From contig CAJTMM010000003.1 in assembly GCA_910577465.1 (NCBI GenBank), positions 7,450 to 71,449 of the forward strand: a DNA stretch of 64,000 bases. The letters are read 5' to 3'. Positions within the stretch are counted from its first letter, which is position 1, and each line of letters opens with the position of its first letter. This document shows, one piece after another, positions 34,756 through 45,019 of the stretch. The notes beneath the pieces were generated by a model. It had not been told where the DNA came from. It made no database searches and saw only the letters and a program-made list of their open reading frames with translations. The position numbers were made by a program, and so were the translations under genes. Source of the stretch: an uncultured Muribaculaceae bacterium. Its GTDB lineage: Bacteria; Bacteroidota; Bacteroidia; Bacteroidales; Muribaculaceae.

Positions 34756-36963
34756 ATGAACATAAAGCATATATACAGCATAGTCACCCTCATAGTCTCA
34801 ACCGCTTCATTGTTGCCTGCAACAGCCACGGCTGCATCCGTCAACGATTATCCGGGAATAAAGGAATACGTCGGTTCTGAACGCCTGCCCGCATCAGTAA
34901 GCCACTTCTGCTACACCGCCGACGGAACAGCTTATCTCCAACTGTCGAGCGACCATCGCCGTATCGTGAAATACGATATTAAGTCGGGTAAGGAGTTGGA
35001 AACAGTACTTGATCTTGGACATACTCGGGAAACAACCATAAGCAATATGGATGGATTCATTCCCAGCCCCGAAGGCTCAAAGATTTTGGTGTACAAGTCA
35101 AAAGAAATGGTTTACCGCCGTTCGTTTACCGCCGAATATTATGTCTATGAACTGCGCTCCCGTCTTCTCAAGCCGTTATCCAACGAGCATAAACGCCAAC
35201 AATCACCTGTATTTTCGCCCGATGGACGAATGGTGGCTTTTGTGGCGGACAACAATGTGATATTAAAAAAACTCGACTACGGAACAGAACTCCCGGTAAC
35301 CAACGACGGAGCACGCAATTCTATAATCAACGGAGTACCTGACTGGACCTATGAAGAAGAGTTTTCCACTTCATGCTCCATGACATGGTCGCCGGACAAC
35401 CTCACTCTTTGCTTCCTGAAATATAACGAATCGGATGTGCCTACATTCAGTTTTCCACTCTATGAGGGTTCATGCGACCCTATGCACCAATACGCCTTAT
35501 ATCCCGGGGCATTCACATACAAATACCCGGTAGCAGGTCAGAAAAATTCAAAAGTCTCGCTTCATTCCTACGATGTAGAGACACGCAAGACCAAAGAACT
35601 CTCACTCCCGGACTCGAAGATAGAATACATCCCACGTATTGAATTCGGTCACTCACCCGACCGACTTATGGTAGCCGCACTCAATCGTGCGCAGGACCGC
35701 ATGGAACTTTATAGTGTGAACCCACGTACCACCATAGTAAAGTCGGTATTAGTCGAGCAATGGGATGCTTGGCTCAACCCCGCTACCTACGAGGATATAC
35801 GGTATTTCCCCGATTTCTTCGTGGTATCATCATGCCGTTCGGGTTACCAGCATCTATACCAATATTCTTATGCCGGCTCCATGCAACGCCAGATTACATC
35901 AGGAGAATATGATGTAGACCAATACTATGGATTCGACACACGCAACCAGTGCCACTACTACCGTTCTACGGCAACCGGAGCTATAAACCGCGCCATTTAC
36001 CGCATTGACGGCAAAAACAAAATCACATGCATGTCGCCCGAACAAGGTTATGCCACAGCATCCTTTAGCCCCGGCATGGACTTCTTCGTGATGAATTACA
36101 GCTCTGCCACCACGGCTCCGACATACACCCTACACTCTGCACCTAACGGTAAGGAAGTGCGTGTGCTTGAAAACAACTCATCCTACAGATCGAAATGGGC
36201 GGACGCCCCTGTGCGTGAATTCTTCACCATGCAATCTCATGGCAATACCCTCAACGGATATATCATCAAACCGTCAAGCTTCAATTCCTCCAAGAAGTAT
36301 CCGGTAGTTATGTACCAATACAGCGGTCCGGGCTCTCAGGAAGTACTCAACAAATGGAGCATTGGCTGGGAAAACTACTTTGCCAAGGTAGGATATATAG
36401 TAATATGCGTCGACGGACGCGGTACCGGTGGACGCGGCCGCGCATTCAGTGATGTCGTCTACAAATGCCTTGGCAAATATGAATCCATAGACCAGATTGC
36501 GGCAGCCGAATATGCGGCTAAGTTGCCTTACGTCGATGCTGCACGCATAGCTATATACGGATGGAGCTATGGTGGTTATGAAGCCATTATGGCAGCATCT
36601 CAACCCAATGCTCCTTATGCGGCAGCTATAGCTGTAGCCCCGGTAACAGACTGGCGCTACTACGATACCGTCTACGCCGAACGTTACATGCTCACGCCGC
36701 AGGAGAATGAGGAAGGTTACGACCAATCATCGGCTATGCAGCATATTGCCGACCGCCGGTGTCCTCTTCTTATCATGAGCGGCACAGCCGATGACAACGT
36801 ACACCTGTTCAATACCATACAATATGTATCAGAAACCGAGTCACATGGAAAATGGTGCGATATGCTGTTGTTCCCCAACATGAATCACTCCATCAACGGA
36901 TGCAACTCACGTGAAGTGGTATTCGCGCGCATGCTTGATTACCTTGGACGAAACATGAAATAA
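34756..36963 (+). CDS. dipeptidyl-peptidase IV (S9B family serine peptidase)
   Basis: 735 aa with a signal peptide, a DPPIV N-terminal beta-propeller (DWTYEEEF) and a catalytic domain (GWSYGGY nucleophile elbow, Asp and His regions). Confidence 0.92.
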   Translation: MNIKHIYSIVTLIVSTASLLPATATAASVNDYPGIKEYVGSERLPASVSHFCYTADGTAYLQLSSDHRRIVKYDIKSGKELETVLDLGHTRETTISNMDGFIPSPEGSKILVYKSKEMVYRRSFTAEYYVYELRSRLLKPLSNEHKRQQSPVFSPDGRMVAFVADNNVILKKLDYGTELPVTNDGARNSIINGVPDWTYEEEFSTSCSMTWSPDNLTLCFLKYNESDVPTFSFPLYEGSCDPMHQYALYPGAFTYKYPVAGQKNSKVSLHSYDVETRKTKELSLPDSKIEYIPRIEFGHSPDRLMVAALNRAQDRMELYSVNPRTTIVKSVLVEQWDAWLNPATYEDIRYFPDFFVVSSCRSGYQHLYQYSYAGSMQRQITSGEYDVDQYYGFDTRNQCHYYRSTATGAINRAIYRIDGKNKITCMSPEQGYATASFSPGMDFFVMNYSSATTAPTYTLHSAPNGKEVRVLENNSSYRSKWADAPVREFFTMQSHGNTLNGYIIKPSSFNSSKKYPVVMYQYSGPGSQEVLNKWSIGWENYFAKVGYIVICVDGRGTGGRGRAFSDVVYKCLGKYESIDQIAAAEYAAKLPYVDAARIAIYGWSYGGYEAIMAASQPNAPYAAAIAVAPVTDWRYYDTVYAERYMLTPQENEEGYDQSSAMQHIADRRCPLLIMSGTADDNVHLFNTIQYVSETESHGKWCDMLLFPNMNHSINGCNSREVVFARMLDYLGRNMK

Positions 36964-36982
36964 GCAGAAGACATCATAACGC

Positions 36983-38326
36983 ATGAAACAACGCAGGCTT
37001 GATAACGGCAAAGGCATATTCCTACTGTGGCTCAATTGGGTCTTGGGAAGTGGCACAGTGACCCTATTGGTCATACTGTCACTTTGGATCAAACCATTGT
37101 ACCTTCCGTTCGTAGCATTTGGCATGCAGCTTATCCTGTTTGCACTAATACGACGCAACCGCGAAGCCCGTCTGCCTATATGTTATCTGTTTCCGTTCAT
37201 CATATCGCGTGTACTATTCTGGAGCGCGGTAGTAATGCTGATACTCAATGGTCTATATTCCCGATGGATTATCCATTACGTATTTGACCCTGCAACAATC
37301 AATGCCGAAATACCATTCATCTGCCAATTGATTGTTGGTCCCGTCACCATGCTCCTGTGCTTGTGGGCAACCTTCAACAAACGCAACCTAAGTTTCTGCC
37401 GGGACTGCAAAATGCGCCACGGAACGCCTGCCGAACGGGGATTTCTCGGTAAGATTTTCACTCAGGAAGGACAATATCAGGTCAGATTCATGCTATTGAT
37501 AGCCACTATCCGCTCCGCAATCGGATGGGGATATTATGCCCTGATGTACGTAAACACCAATCTCAATACACCTGACCGATTCGTATTTTTCTGGGGTCCG
37601 GCATTGATTTGGCTTGCTGCTGCCGGCTACTTAGGGTTAAGATACTTGGGTATTTGGGGATATTACCGCCAGAATGTCGAGGGAAGTGCCGAACGTCTCG
37701 GCTCATACACGCTGATTCGATATATCATGATATGGGACAACTACATCTGCCTTAGATTGCCCGAAACAGACTCCGACAAAATGATTTTGATTCAGAACGA
37801 CACCCGACTCGACATCCCTATCCATACATCAATACACAAACGCGAGACATTGAGCCAATACGATGCTACACTATTCTTCGGTGACCTTTCACACATCAAG
37901 AATGCCGACGTACGGCTCATGTATAAGAACATCAGTGGAAATGCCGACTGCAACATATTCCACTACCTGTGCTTTCTTAACGATGAGGAGAAAAACAAAT
38001 TCTCTGCCGCTAACCCCGACTGCCGATGGTACTCACTGCTTGAAATACAGAAAATAATCAATACAGGCAAATGCAATCCTTTGTTCAGTGCTGAGATAAC
38101 ACGGCTTTACGCAATAGCCATGGCATGGAAAACATATACCCGCGATGGTAAGCGCCGATACAAAATAAAGCATTACAAGCCCACATTCCGTGTACGCGAT
38201 ATCAAAGATTGGGACGTGGATTACAACGATCCGCAATGGTTGTACATATCATCCAACAACGAGGATGTACCGCTATTTAACCTACGCCGCTTCTGGCGCA
38301 AATACGTCAATGGAATAGGTGACTAA
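36983..38326 (+). CDS. polytopic membrane protein with C-terminal soluble domain, function unknown
   Basis: 447-aa ORF. About 6 hydrophobic segments lie in the first 230 aa and a CRDCKMRHG element in a loop. I cannot assign the C-terminal ~200 aa to any family. Confidence 0.7.
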   Translation: MKQRRLDNGKGIFLLWLNWVLGSGTVTLLVILSLWIKPLYLPFVAFGMQLILFALIRRNREARLPICYLFPFIISRVLFWSAVVMLILNGLYSRWIIHYVFDPATINAEIPFICQLIVGPVTMLLCLWATFNKRNLSFCRDCKMRHGTPAERGFLGKIFTQEGQYQVRFMLLIATIRSAIGWGYYALMYVNTNLNTPDRFVFFWGPALIWLAAAGYLGLRYLGIWGYYRQNVEGSAERLGSYTLIRYIMIWDNYICLRLPETDSDKMILIQNDTRLDIPIHTSIHKRETLSQYDATLFFGDLSHIKNADVRLMYKNISGNADCNIFHYLCFLNDEEKNKFSAANPDCRWYSLLEIQKIINTGKCNPLFSAEITRLYAIAMAWKTYTRDGKRRYKIKHYKPTFRVRDIKDWDVDYNDPQWLYISSNNEDVPLFNLRRFWRKYVNGIGD

Positions 38327-38355
38327 ATCATTTAGAACTATCATAAACCGTACAG

Positions 38356-39264
38356 ATGAGTCTACTCGTTATCACAGGCCCCACCGCATCAGGCAAAACA
38401 TCGAGAGCCATTGATATAGCCCGTGCCACAGACGGGGAAATCATCAGTGCCGACTCCCGGCAGATATACCGTGGAATGAATCTGGGTACCGGTAAGGACC
38501 TGCACGAGTATGGCAATGTGCCATATCACATGATTGACATCTGCGACGCCGGATACAAATACAATCTCTTTGAGTACCTGCGTGACGAGCAGATTGCCCG
38601 AACGGAGATTGAGTCCCGCGGACGCCAACCTATATTATGCGGTGGTACGGGACTATACGTAGAGTCAGTTCTGAAAGGACTTGCGCTCCCTCCGGTGCCG
38701 GAAAATAAGGAACTGCGTGCCCGGCTTGCCCACATATCGCTCCCGGAACTTACCGATATGCTTGCATCGATGAAGACCCTTCACAATACCACCGACGTCG
38801 ATTCCTGCAAACGCGCCATACGTGCCATAGAGATTGCGCAATACTACCATGAGCACCCCGATGCCGCTGCTCAGGCAACACCGCATCCGCTCACCGATGC
38901 CGTGACAATAGGGGTAAGCATAGACCGCGACAGTCGACGTGCCCGTATCACCGCCCGGTTGGCTCAACGTCTCGACGACGGCATGATTGACGAAGTAAAA
39001 GGTTTGCTCGATTCAGGTATCTCTGCTGAAGACCTTATATATTACGGACTCGAATACAAATTCATAACACGATATCTCACCGGGCAGCTAACACGGCAGG
39101 AAATGGTTGAGCAACTTGAAACGGCAATACATCAATTTGCCAAACGCCAGATGACATGGTTCCGCGGAATGGAACGTCGCGGATTCCCTATTCACTGGCT
39201 TGACTGGGATATGCCACGCGATGAATTTGTCGATGCGGTAATGCAACTCATGAACCGCCCATGA
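38356..39264 (+). CDS. miaA: tRNA dimethylallyltransferase
   Basis: 302 aa with the P-loop GPTASGKT and ISADSRQIYRGMNLGTGK, typical of MiaA. Confidence 0.95.
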   Translation: MSLLVITGPTASGKTSRAIDIARATDGEIISADSRQIYRGMNLGTGKDLHEYGNVPYHMIDICDAGYKYNLFEYLRDEQIARTEIESRGRQPILCGGTGLYVESVLKGLALPPVPENKELRARLAHISLPELTDMLASMKTLHNTTDVDSCKRAIRAIEIAQYYHEHPDAAAQATPHPLTDAVTIGVSIDRDSRRARITARLAQRLDDGMIDEVKGLLDSGISAEDLIYYGLEYKFITRYLTGQLTRQEMVEQLETAIHQFAKRQMTWFRGMERRGFPIHWLDWDMPRDEFVDAVMQLMNRP

Positions 39265-39284
39265 TTCACCCATATCCATACGCC

Positions 39285-40295
39285 ATGAAAAACATCGCCG
39301 TACCATTATGCCTGATTATGGTTTTCGCGTGCTCTCCCAATGCCGCAGCGACCGACATACCCGAACGCACATATCATGACCACATACGTCAGATATGCGA
39401 CACCACGATACTGCTCAACGGCAGCGATACCGAAGCCAAATACAAAGCCATAGAGATGCGCGGGCGTGTCAATGTCACCGAATGCCAAGGGCTGTCGCCG
39501 GAATATCTCGGAGTGATATGGGGAGCCGAGTCAGCCAACGATTACTATTCGGCCGTGCTCCAATGCGGTAACGACGCATACAACCATTTCATTGAAGCCC
39601 CTTACGTACTCCTGAAAGCCACACATCACACCCCCGACAGTATAGTTGAGATAGGGCAATGGAAAATTAAATCCAATATCGCATACGGCAAAAAGGACAA
39701 TACCATAGCGGTGGAACTCAACGCAGCAAACAATTCCGTAAAATTATTGGCGGGCAACAAATCATTGCATCTCATCCACCAATTCACATCGACCGTCAAT
39801 CCCACCCTCGGTTATTCGGGAGTCACCACATGCGGCTGCGCCGATATTTCCCTATTGGTCACAGAACATGAACCGGACCTTGCAGCTTCCCTCACCACTC
39901 ATTGGACCTTACATGATATAGACGATTACCTGTCATCGGCATCCCATAACGGCATCGAAGGTTTCTGGAAATATCTCGACCGCGACAATGACGAACGTTA
40001 CTGCCGACTTGGGGGCAAATATACCGTAGCGATTATTAAAAGCGGCGACGGATACGATATTCTATTCATTGACGGAGCACAGACAAACTCACCTCTATGG
40101 CACGCCGGCATGAAAAAAGGCCACCTCACACCTACCATATTTGAAAATCACTACGACCTCACATGGTTTGACGCAACATTCCGTCCGGCATCAGATGAGT
40201 GCAATGCCACCATCGAACAAAACGCCATCCTGACTCTGAATTTTCCGTTGCTTAAATCCTCTATCAGGCTATCTAAGATGCCGACGGGTAAGTGA
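39285..40295 (+). CDS. hypothetical lipoprotein
   Basis: The ORF is open from 39261. A signal peptide with a lipobox (MKNIAVPLCLIMVFAC) begins at the ATG at 39285. I recognise no family. Confidence 0.6.
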   Translation: MKNIAVPLCLIMVFACSPNAAATDIPERTYHDHIRQICDTTILLNGSDTEAKYKAIEMRGRVNVTECQGLSPEYLGVIWGAESANDYYSAVLQCGNDAYNHFIEAPYVLLKATHHTPDSIVEIGQWKIKSNIAYGKKDNTIAVELNAANNSVKLLAGNKSLHLIHQFTSTVNPTLGYSGVTTCGCADISLLVTEHEPDLAASLTTHWTLHDIDDYLSSASHNGIEGFWKYLDRDNDERYCRLGGKYTVAIIKSGDGYDILFIDGAQTNSPLWHAGMKKGHLTPTIFENHYDLTWFDATFRPASDECNATIEQNAILTLNFPLLKSSIRLSKMPTGK

Positions 40296-40707
40296 TAGTG
40301 CCGGTGTCATCATCGTACGTAATTGCCGAATTCAGAAATTCCACATTGATTATATTAGCCGAACGGCTCACTCTGAACACACCGTTTACACTTTCCATCG
40401 ATTCTATATAGTCATACAGCGTCGACGGCAACTTATCGAACAGGAAATTCTGCGGCAGCACAGTACCATTGCCATTGACATCGATCCATTCATAATTACG
40501 GTCAAACGTCAGCGTGGCTCCATTCTTGATTTTCACCACCGAGCCATTGTTAATTTCCGTATAGCTCTGCACCTCTCCGTATGGGAAGTATTCCGAAACA
40601 AACGAACTTATACTACGGGGCAACTCATCCCATGCATTATTGCCGCACGCACCCATCATTATTATCACTACAAACAGTGCTAAAGAAGTTAAAGTATTGC
40701 GCTTCAT
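40273..40707 (-). CDS. PepSY-like (DUF2874-type) small lipoprotein
   Basis: 144 aa with a lipobox (MMGAC) and duplicated beta-rich modules (VVKIKNGATLTFDRNYEWIDV) typical of PepSY-like proteins. Its 3' end overlaps the converging gene by 23 nt. Confidence 0.7.
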   Translation of the reverse strand: MKRNTLTSLALFVVIIMMGACGNNAWDELPRSISSFVSEYFPYGEVQSYTEINNGSVVKIKNGATLTFDRNYEWIDVNGNGTVLPQNFLFDKLPSTLYDYIESMESVNGVFRVSRSANIINVEFLNSAITYDDDTGTITYPSAS

Positions 40708-40782
40708 AATCCCGAAATATTTAATGAATGTTACAATTCTATAACAAACACAACCGTACTTGGTTCACTCATTAACCATTGC

Positions 40783-40790
40783 TAAATTTG
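40783..40790 (+). promoter_or_regulatory. -7 box TAAATTTG
   Basis: Matches TAnnTTTG, only 4 nt upstream of the ATG at 40795. Confidence 0.4.
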
Positions 40791-40794
40791 TGCC

Positions 40795-41619
40795 ATGCGA
40801 CACATTTTCACAACCATAATATTATCCGTTTTCACCATTTTCAGCATTGGCGCAGCCAACCCTTCCGACGAATACTTTTCCCTCATGGGACAAGCCGACA
40901 AAGCCATAAAAGATGGCAAATGGGAAGAAGCCGAGAAACATCTCAAACACGCCATGAGCATAGAACCGGGCAATCCATCCAACGTATTGCTGATGTCAAA
41001 TCTCGGTATGGTACAATACTACGACGGACGCGATGCCGAAGCCCTCGGCACCCTCAATTCAGCCCACATAATGGCTCCATCATCCGTTACCGTACTACAG
41101 AACAGAGCCAAGATACTAACCGCACTCGGACGCATTTCCGAAGCCGAAGCCGACTATCAGACTATCATCTCATTGGATTCCACCCTCATTGAACCCCGCT
41201 TTTATAAAGCCATGATTACATTGGGTACCAACAACTTAACCGCAGTGGAGCAAGAAATATCCACAATGCAACGTATCGACCCGGCACACAGGCTCACATA
41301 TCTCGCTCAGGCAACACGGCTCACACACATCGGAAAATATTCCGAAGCCATAACTCCACTAAGCAAACTCATCGAACTCTCTCCCGAATCATCCTACTAC
41401 GGCAGCCGGGCACTGTGCCACCTCATGACATCACAGCTACCGGAAGCCGCCGACGACATAGCCCGAGGTCTCGAACTCGACCCCACCGACGGAGAGTTAT
41501 ACCTCTACCGTGCCATGCTCAACAAGATGCGTTACCGTCAAGCCGACGCGCAAGCCGATGGCGAGAAAGCCATCAAATTCGGCGTGCCTTCCGACCGCGT
41601 AAAAGCCATATTGAAATAA
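40795..41619 (+). CDS. tetratricopeptide repeat protein (secreted)
   Basis: 274 aa with a signal peptide and several TPR-like helical pairs (EKHLKHAMSIEPGNP, DIARGLELDPTDGE). Confidence 0.8.
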   Translation: MRHIFTTIILSVFTIFSIGAANPSDEYFSLMGQADKAIKDGKWEEAEKHLKHAMSIEPGNPSNVLLMSNLGMVQYYDGRDAEALGTLNSAHIMAPSSVTVLQNRAKILTALGRISEAEADYQTIISLDSTLIEPRFYKAMITLGTNNLTAVEQEISTMQRIDPAHRLTYLAQATRLTHIGKYSEAITPLSKLIELSPESSYYGSRALCHLMTSQLPEAADDIARGLELDPTDGELYLYRAMLNKMRYRQADAQADGEKAIKFGVPSDRVKAILK

Positions 41620-41716
41620 CCTCAACCCACACTCCGAAAAACATAAAAAGCATTATAAAACCTTATTATACGTACCTTTGTTATAGGATAAAACATGATT
41701 ATTGCAAATAATTTCG

Positions 41717-41724
41717 TAAATTTG
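41717..41724 (+). promoter_or_regulatory. -7 box TAAATTTG
   Basis: Matches TAnnTTTG, 60 nt upstream of the ATG at 41785. A second box, TACCTTTG, lies at 41673-41680. Confidence 0.4.
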
Positions 41725-41784
41725 CAGCACAAACACATAAATACACTAAACAATTTGTCTAACAAACTTAATATTTTAAACACA

Positions 41785-41994
41785 ATGAACACAGACACTA
41801 TCGGCGCTTGGGCAGGTCTCGTTTGGAATGCCCTCAATGAAGCGGACGTACTTGACAACAAGCAGATAAAGAAAATGACCAAACTTAAAGACAAAGAACT
41901 TTACGCCGCACTCGGATGGCTTGCCCGCGAAAACAAAATCACTTTCGAAGAAAGTGGCGACGGCAAGGAAATACTCGTTGCTTTGGTTAAATAA
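41785..41994 (+). CDS. winged helix-turn-helix protein (DUF2582-like)
   Basis: A 69-aa product from the internal ATG (MNTDTIGAWAGLVWNAL...LGWLARENKI) resembles the small wHTH DUF2582 family. The upstream part of the 99-aa ORF covers the promoter boxes. Confidence 0.6.
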   Translation: MNTDTIGAWAGLVWNALNEADVLDNKQIKKMTKLKDKELYAALGWLARENKITFEESGDGKEILVALVK

Positions 41995-42019
41995 CCATTT
42001 GCGTAACATACCATACACG

Positions 42020-42056
42020 GCGAAGCTGAACCAACAGGGTTCGACTTCGCTTTTTT
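42020..42056 (+). terminator. rho-independent terminator
   Basis: An imperfect stem (GCGAAGCTGAAC / GTTCGACTTCGC), followed by TTTTTTA. Confidence 0.65.
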
Positions 42057-42082
42057 ATTTTCTGTCAATGAGCAAAAATCAC

Positions 42083-42090
42083 TACCTTTG
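42083..42090 (+). promoter_or_regulatory. -7 box TACCTTTG
   Basis: Matches TAnnTTTG, 12 nt upstream of rsgA. Confidence 0.5.
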
Positions 42091-42102
42091 TGTTAGTGAT
42101 AT

Positions 42103-43062
42103 ATGAAACAGATACCTGAGCAGCCTATGGACGGACTTGTCATCAGAAATACCGGAAGCCTTTACGTGGTGAAAACCGACGACGGCACGGAAGTGAACTG
42201 CAAAATCAAAGGGCGCTTCCGCCTGAAAGGCATACGCACCACCAATCCCGTGGCAGTTGGCGACCATGTGGTAATCACCCCCACCCCCGATGGCACCGCA
42301 TACATCACCGACATACACCAACGCAAAAACTATATAATAAGGCGTGCGAGCAACCTTTCTAAAGAAGCCCACATCATAGCCGCCAACCTCGACCAGGCAT
42401 TCCTCATAGTCACACTCGCGCATCCGGCAACATCCACCACGTTCATCGACCGCTTCCTGTCCACTGCTGAAGCCTATCGCATACCGGCAGTAATCGTAAT
42501 CAACAAAGTAGACCTGCTTACCGAACCCGACGACCGCGAACTGCTCGATGCCGTCACATATCTATACACATCCATCGGTTACAAGGTTATTCACACATCC
42601 GCCAAATCGGGCGAAGGTATTGAAGAATTACAATCGGCGCTAACCGGAAAAATAACTCTGCTGTCCGGCAACTCCGGCGTAGGTAAATCCACGCTCATCA
42701 ATCATATCATTCCGGGACTCGACCTGCGCACAGCCGAAATATCAGAGACGCATCAGACAGGAATGCACACCACCACATTTTCCGAAATGTTTCCGTTGCC
42801 CGGCGGAGGATATATCATAGACACTCCCGGAGTGAAAGGATTCGGCACCATCGACTACGACAAATACGAGGTGGCACACTTCTTTCCTGAAATATTCCGA
42901 GCTTCCAAGGAATGCCGCTATGGCAACTGCACACACACCCACGAACCCGGATGTGCCGTGCGTCAAGCCATCGACGACAATCTTATCGCCGCCTCCCGCT
43001 ATGCATCATACCTGAGCATACTCGAAGACATCGACCACGAAAAATACCGCAAGGGATACTAA
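42103..43062 (+). CDS. rsgA: ribosome small subunit-dependent GTPase A
   Basis: 319 aa with a circularly permuted GTPase (NKVDL, then GNSGVGKST), an N-terminal OB fold and a C-terminal zinc knuckle ([14 protein letters not shown]). Confidence 0.93.
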   Translation: MKQIPEQPMDGLVIRNTGSLYVVKTDDGTEVNCKIKGRFRLKGIRTTNPVAVGDHVVITPTPDGTAYITDIHQRKNYIIRRASNLSKEAHIIAANLDQAFLIVTLAHPATSTTFIDRFLSTAEAYRIPAVIVINKVDLLTEPDDRELLDAVTYLYTSIGYKVIHTSAKSGEGIEELQSALTGKITLLSGNSGVGKSTLINHIIPGLDLRTAEISETHQTGMHTTTFSEMFPLPGGGYIIDTPGVKGFGTIDYDKYEVAHFFPEIFRASKECRYGNCTHTHEPGCAVRQAIDDNLIAASRYASYLSILEDIDHEKYRKGY

Positions 43063-43077
43063 TTCGTAAAATTTTGT

Positions 43078-43085
43078 TAACTTTG
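43078..43085 (+). promoter_or_regulatory. -7 box TAACTTTG
   Basis: Matches TAnnTTTG, 62 nt upstream of the SulP start. It overlaps a 10-bp hairpin (43083-43092 / 43101-43110) that probably terminates rsgA. Confidence 0.4.
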
Positions 43086-43147
43086 CACTCTCAAAAAAAT
43101 GAGAGTGCAAGGTTTGTATCATTTTTTACAAATTATAATATAAGGGT

Positions 43148-44860
43148 ATGAATTTTTCAGGTCCTATTGATTTTAAGCCGAAGCTGTTTTCGGCAATCTC
43201 AAATTATTCTTTATCACGTTTCAAATCCGACTTGATTGCCGGTATAGTAGTCGGCATCGTAGCTTTGCCTTTGGCTATAGCTTTCGGTATAGCCAGTGGC
43301 GTCAGCCCTACAGTCGGTCTCATCACAGCTATCATAGGCGGCTTCCTCGTTTCGGCACTTGGAGGTTGCTCCGTCCAGATAGGCGGTCCCACAGGAGCTT
43401 TCATAGTAATAGTCTACGGCATCATAGCCAACTACGGTCTGCAGGGGCTTGCCATAGCCACCATAATGGCGGGGCTTATCCTTGTTTTGCTCGGTCTGTT
43501 CCATCTCGGTACCGTCATCAAGTTCATCCCCTATCCTATAGTAGTCGGATTCACCGCAGGTATCGCACTCACCATCTTCTCCACTCAGATCAATGATTTC
43601 CTTGGGCTCGGATTATCCGATATACCCGCATCATTCATTCCCAAGTGGGGCGTTTACTTTACCAACCTGTCACATATCGACCTGCCTACCACATGCGTCG
43701 GTCTCGTGTCACTGCTCATCATCATCCTGACACCCAAGATATCGAAACGCCTGCCCGGAGCATTGTTCTCCATAATAATAGTGACATTCGGCGTATGGAT
43801 GCTCCATCACTTCATGCCCGATATCCACATCACCACCATCGGCGACCGATTCGGCTCACTGCCCACCGACATACCACTCCCCCACGGCTTTGAACTGTCA
43901 ATGGACACCATCAACGATCTCTTGCCATCGGCATTCACCATAGCCATCCTCGGAGCCATCGAGTCATTGCTATCAGCGACCGTTGCCGACGGTATCACAG
44001 GATCGCGCACCAATTCCAACACCGAACTCATAGGACAGGGCGTGGCAAACATCGTGGTTCCATTCTTTGGCGGCATACCGGTAACCGGAGCCATTGCCCG
44101 TACCATGACCAACATCACCAACGGCGGACGCACTCCGGTGGCAGGTGTGATTCACGCAGTGGTACTGCTGCTGATATTCCTCTTCCTCATGCCGCTCATC
44201 AATCTTGTACCCATGGCATGTCTTGCAGCCGTGCTTATCGTGGTTAGCTACAACATGAGCGGATGGCGCACGGTAAGAGCCATATTCAAGAACCCCAAGA
44301 GCGACGTGACCGTACTCACCGTTACATTCCTGCTCACGGTGATATTCGATCTCACCATAGCCATAGAGATAGGTCTGATGCTCGCCATTATCCTATTCCT
44401 GCGCCGCGTTATGGAAAACACGCAGATACGCGTCTACAGCGAGCAACTCGATGTTGCCGAAGGCACTGAAGCCTCCACCCACGAGGTGCTTGATGTGGCA
44501 AAGGGTGTGGAAGTATACGAAATCGACGGTCCGTTCTTCTTTGGCGTAGCCACTAAGTTCGACGAACTCATGCGCTCATCCATGTCACGTAAGCCTATAG
44601 TACGTATCCTGCGCATGCGCAAGGTTCCGTTTATCGACGCTACCGGCGTACATAACCTGGAAATACTCATCAAGTCATCACAGGCCGAAGGCATCCACGT
44701 GGTACTGTCGGGCGTGAACGAGAATGTGCATCGCGTACTCGAAAACGCCAACATAGAGCAATTGGTTGGTGCCGACCACATTTGCGACCACATAACCAAA
44801 GCGGTAGTGATGGCAAATAAAATTGTGCGCAATCAGGAGCTTTCACGCCCCAAACGTTAA
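43148..44860 (+). CDS. SulP family inorganic anion transporter with C-terminal STAS domain
   Basis: 570 aa with a Sulfate_transp membrane core (DLIAGIVVGIVALPLAIAFG) and a STAS domain (VRILRMRKVPFIDATG). Confidence 0.9.
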   Translation: MNFSGPIDFKPKLFSAISNYSLSRFKSDLIAGIVVGIVALPLAIAFGIASGVSPTVGLITAIIGGFLVSALGGCSVQIGGPTGAFIVIVYGIIANYGLQGLAIATIMAGLILVLLGLFHLGTVIKFIPYPIVVGFTAGIALTIFSTQINDFLGLGLSDIPASFIPKWGVYFTNLSHIDLPTTCVGLVSLLIIILTPKISKRLPGALFSIIIVTFGVWMLHHFMPDIHITTIGDRFGSLPTDIPLPHGFELSMDTINDLLPSAFTIAILGAIESLLSATVADGITGSRTNSNTELIGQGVANIVVPFFGGIPVTGAIARTMTNITNGGRTPVAGVIHAVVLLLIFLFLMPLINLVPMACLAAVLIVVSYNMSGWRTVRAIFKNPKSDVTVLTVTFLLTVIFDLTIAIEIGLMLAIILFLRRVMENTQIRVYSEQLDVAEGTEASTHEVLDVAKGVEVYEIDGPFFFGVATKFDELMRSSMSRKPIVRILRMRKVPFIDATGVHNLEILIKSSQAEGIHVVLSGVNENVHRVLENANIEQLVGADHICDHITKAVVMANKIVRNQELSRPKR

Positions 44861-44962
44861 ATAAAAATAGACAGTAAATACATATTTTTGTATTTTTTCA
44901 CTATTAATTAAACACGCCTAAAAAAATTACTAAATTTTATTTGGCGAATCAAAAAAAGGTAT

Positions 44963-44970
44963 TACCTTTG
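44963..44970 (+). promoter_or_regulatory. -7 box TACCTTTG
   Basis: Matches TAnnTTTG, 49 nt upstream of the ATG at 45020. Confidence 0.45.
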
Positions 44971-45019
44971 TGACGTTTTTGAAGCAAAAAAATTGTTTTA
45001 TTATTTAATCAAAAAGAAA

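Noticed and set aside
40779-41192. A 137-aa plus-strand ORF overlapping the TPR gene in another frame.
   Set aside because: Its product is Arg/His/Ser-rich and low-complexity, whereas the TPR frame has a signal peptide and repeat structure.
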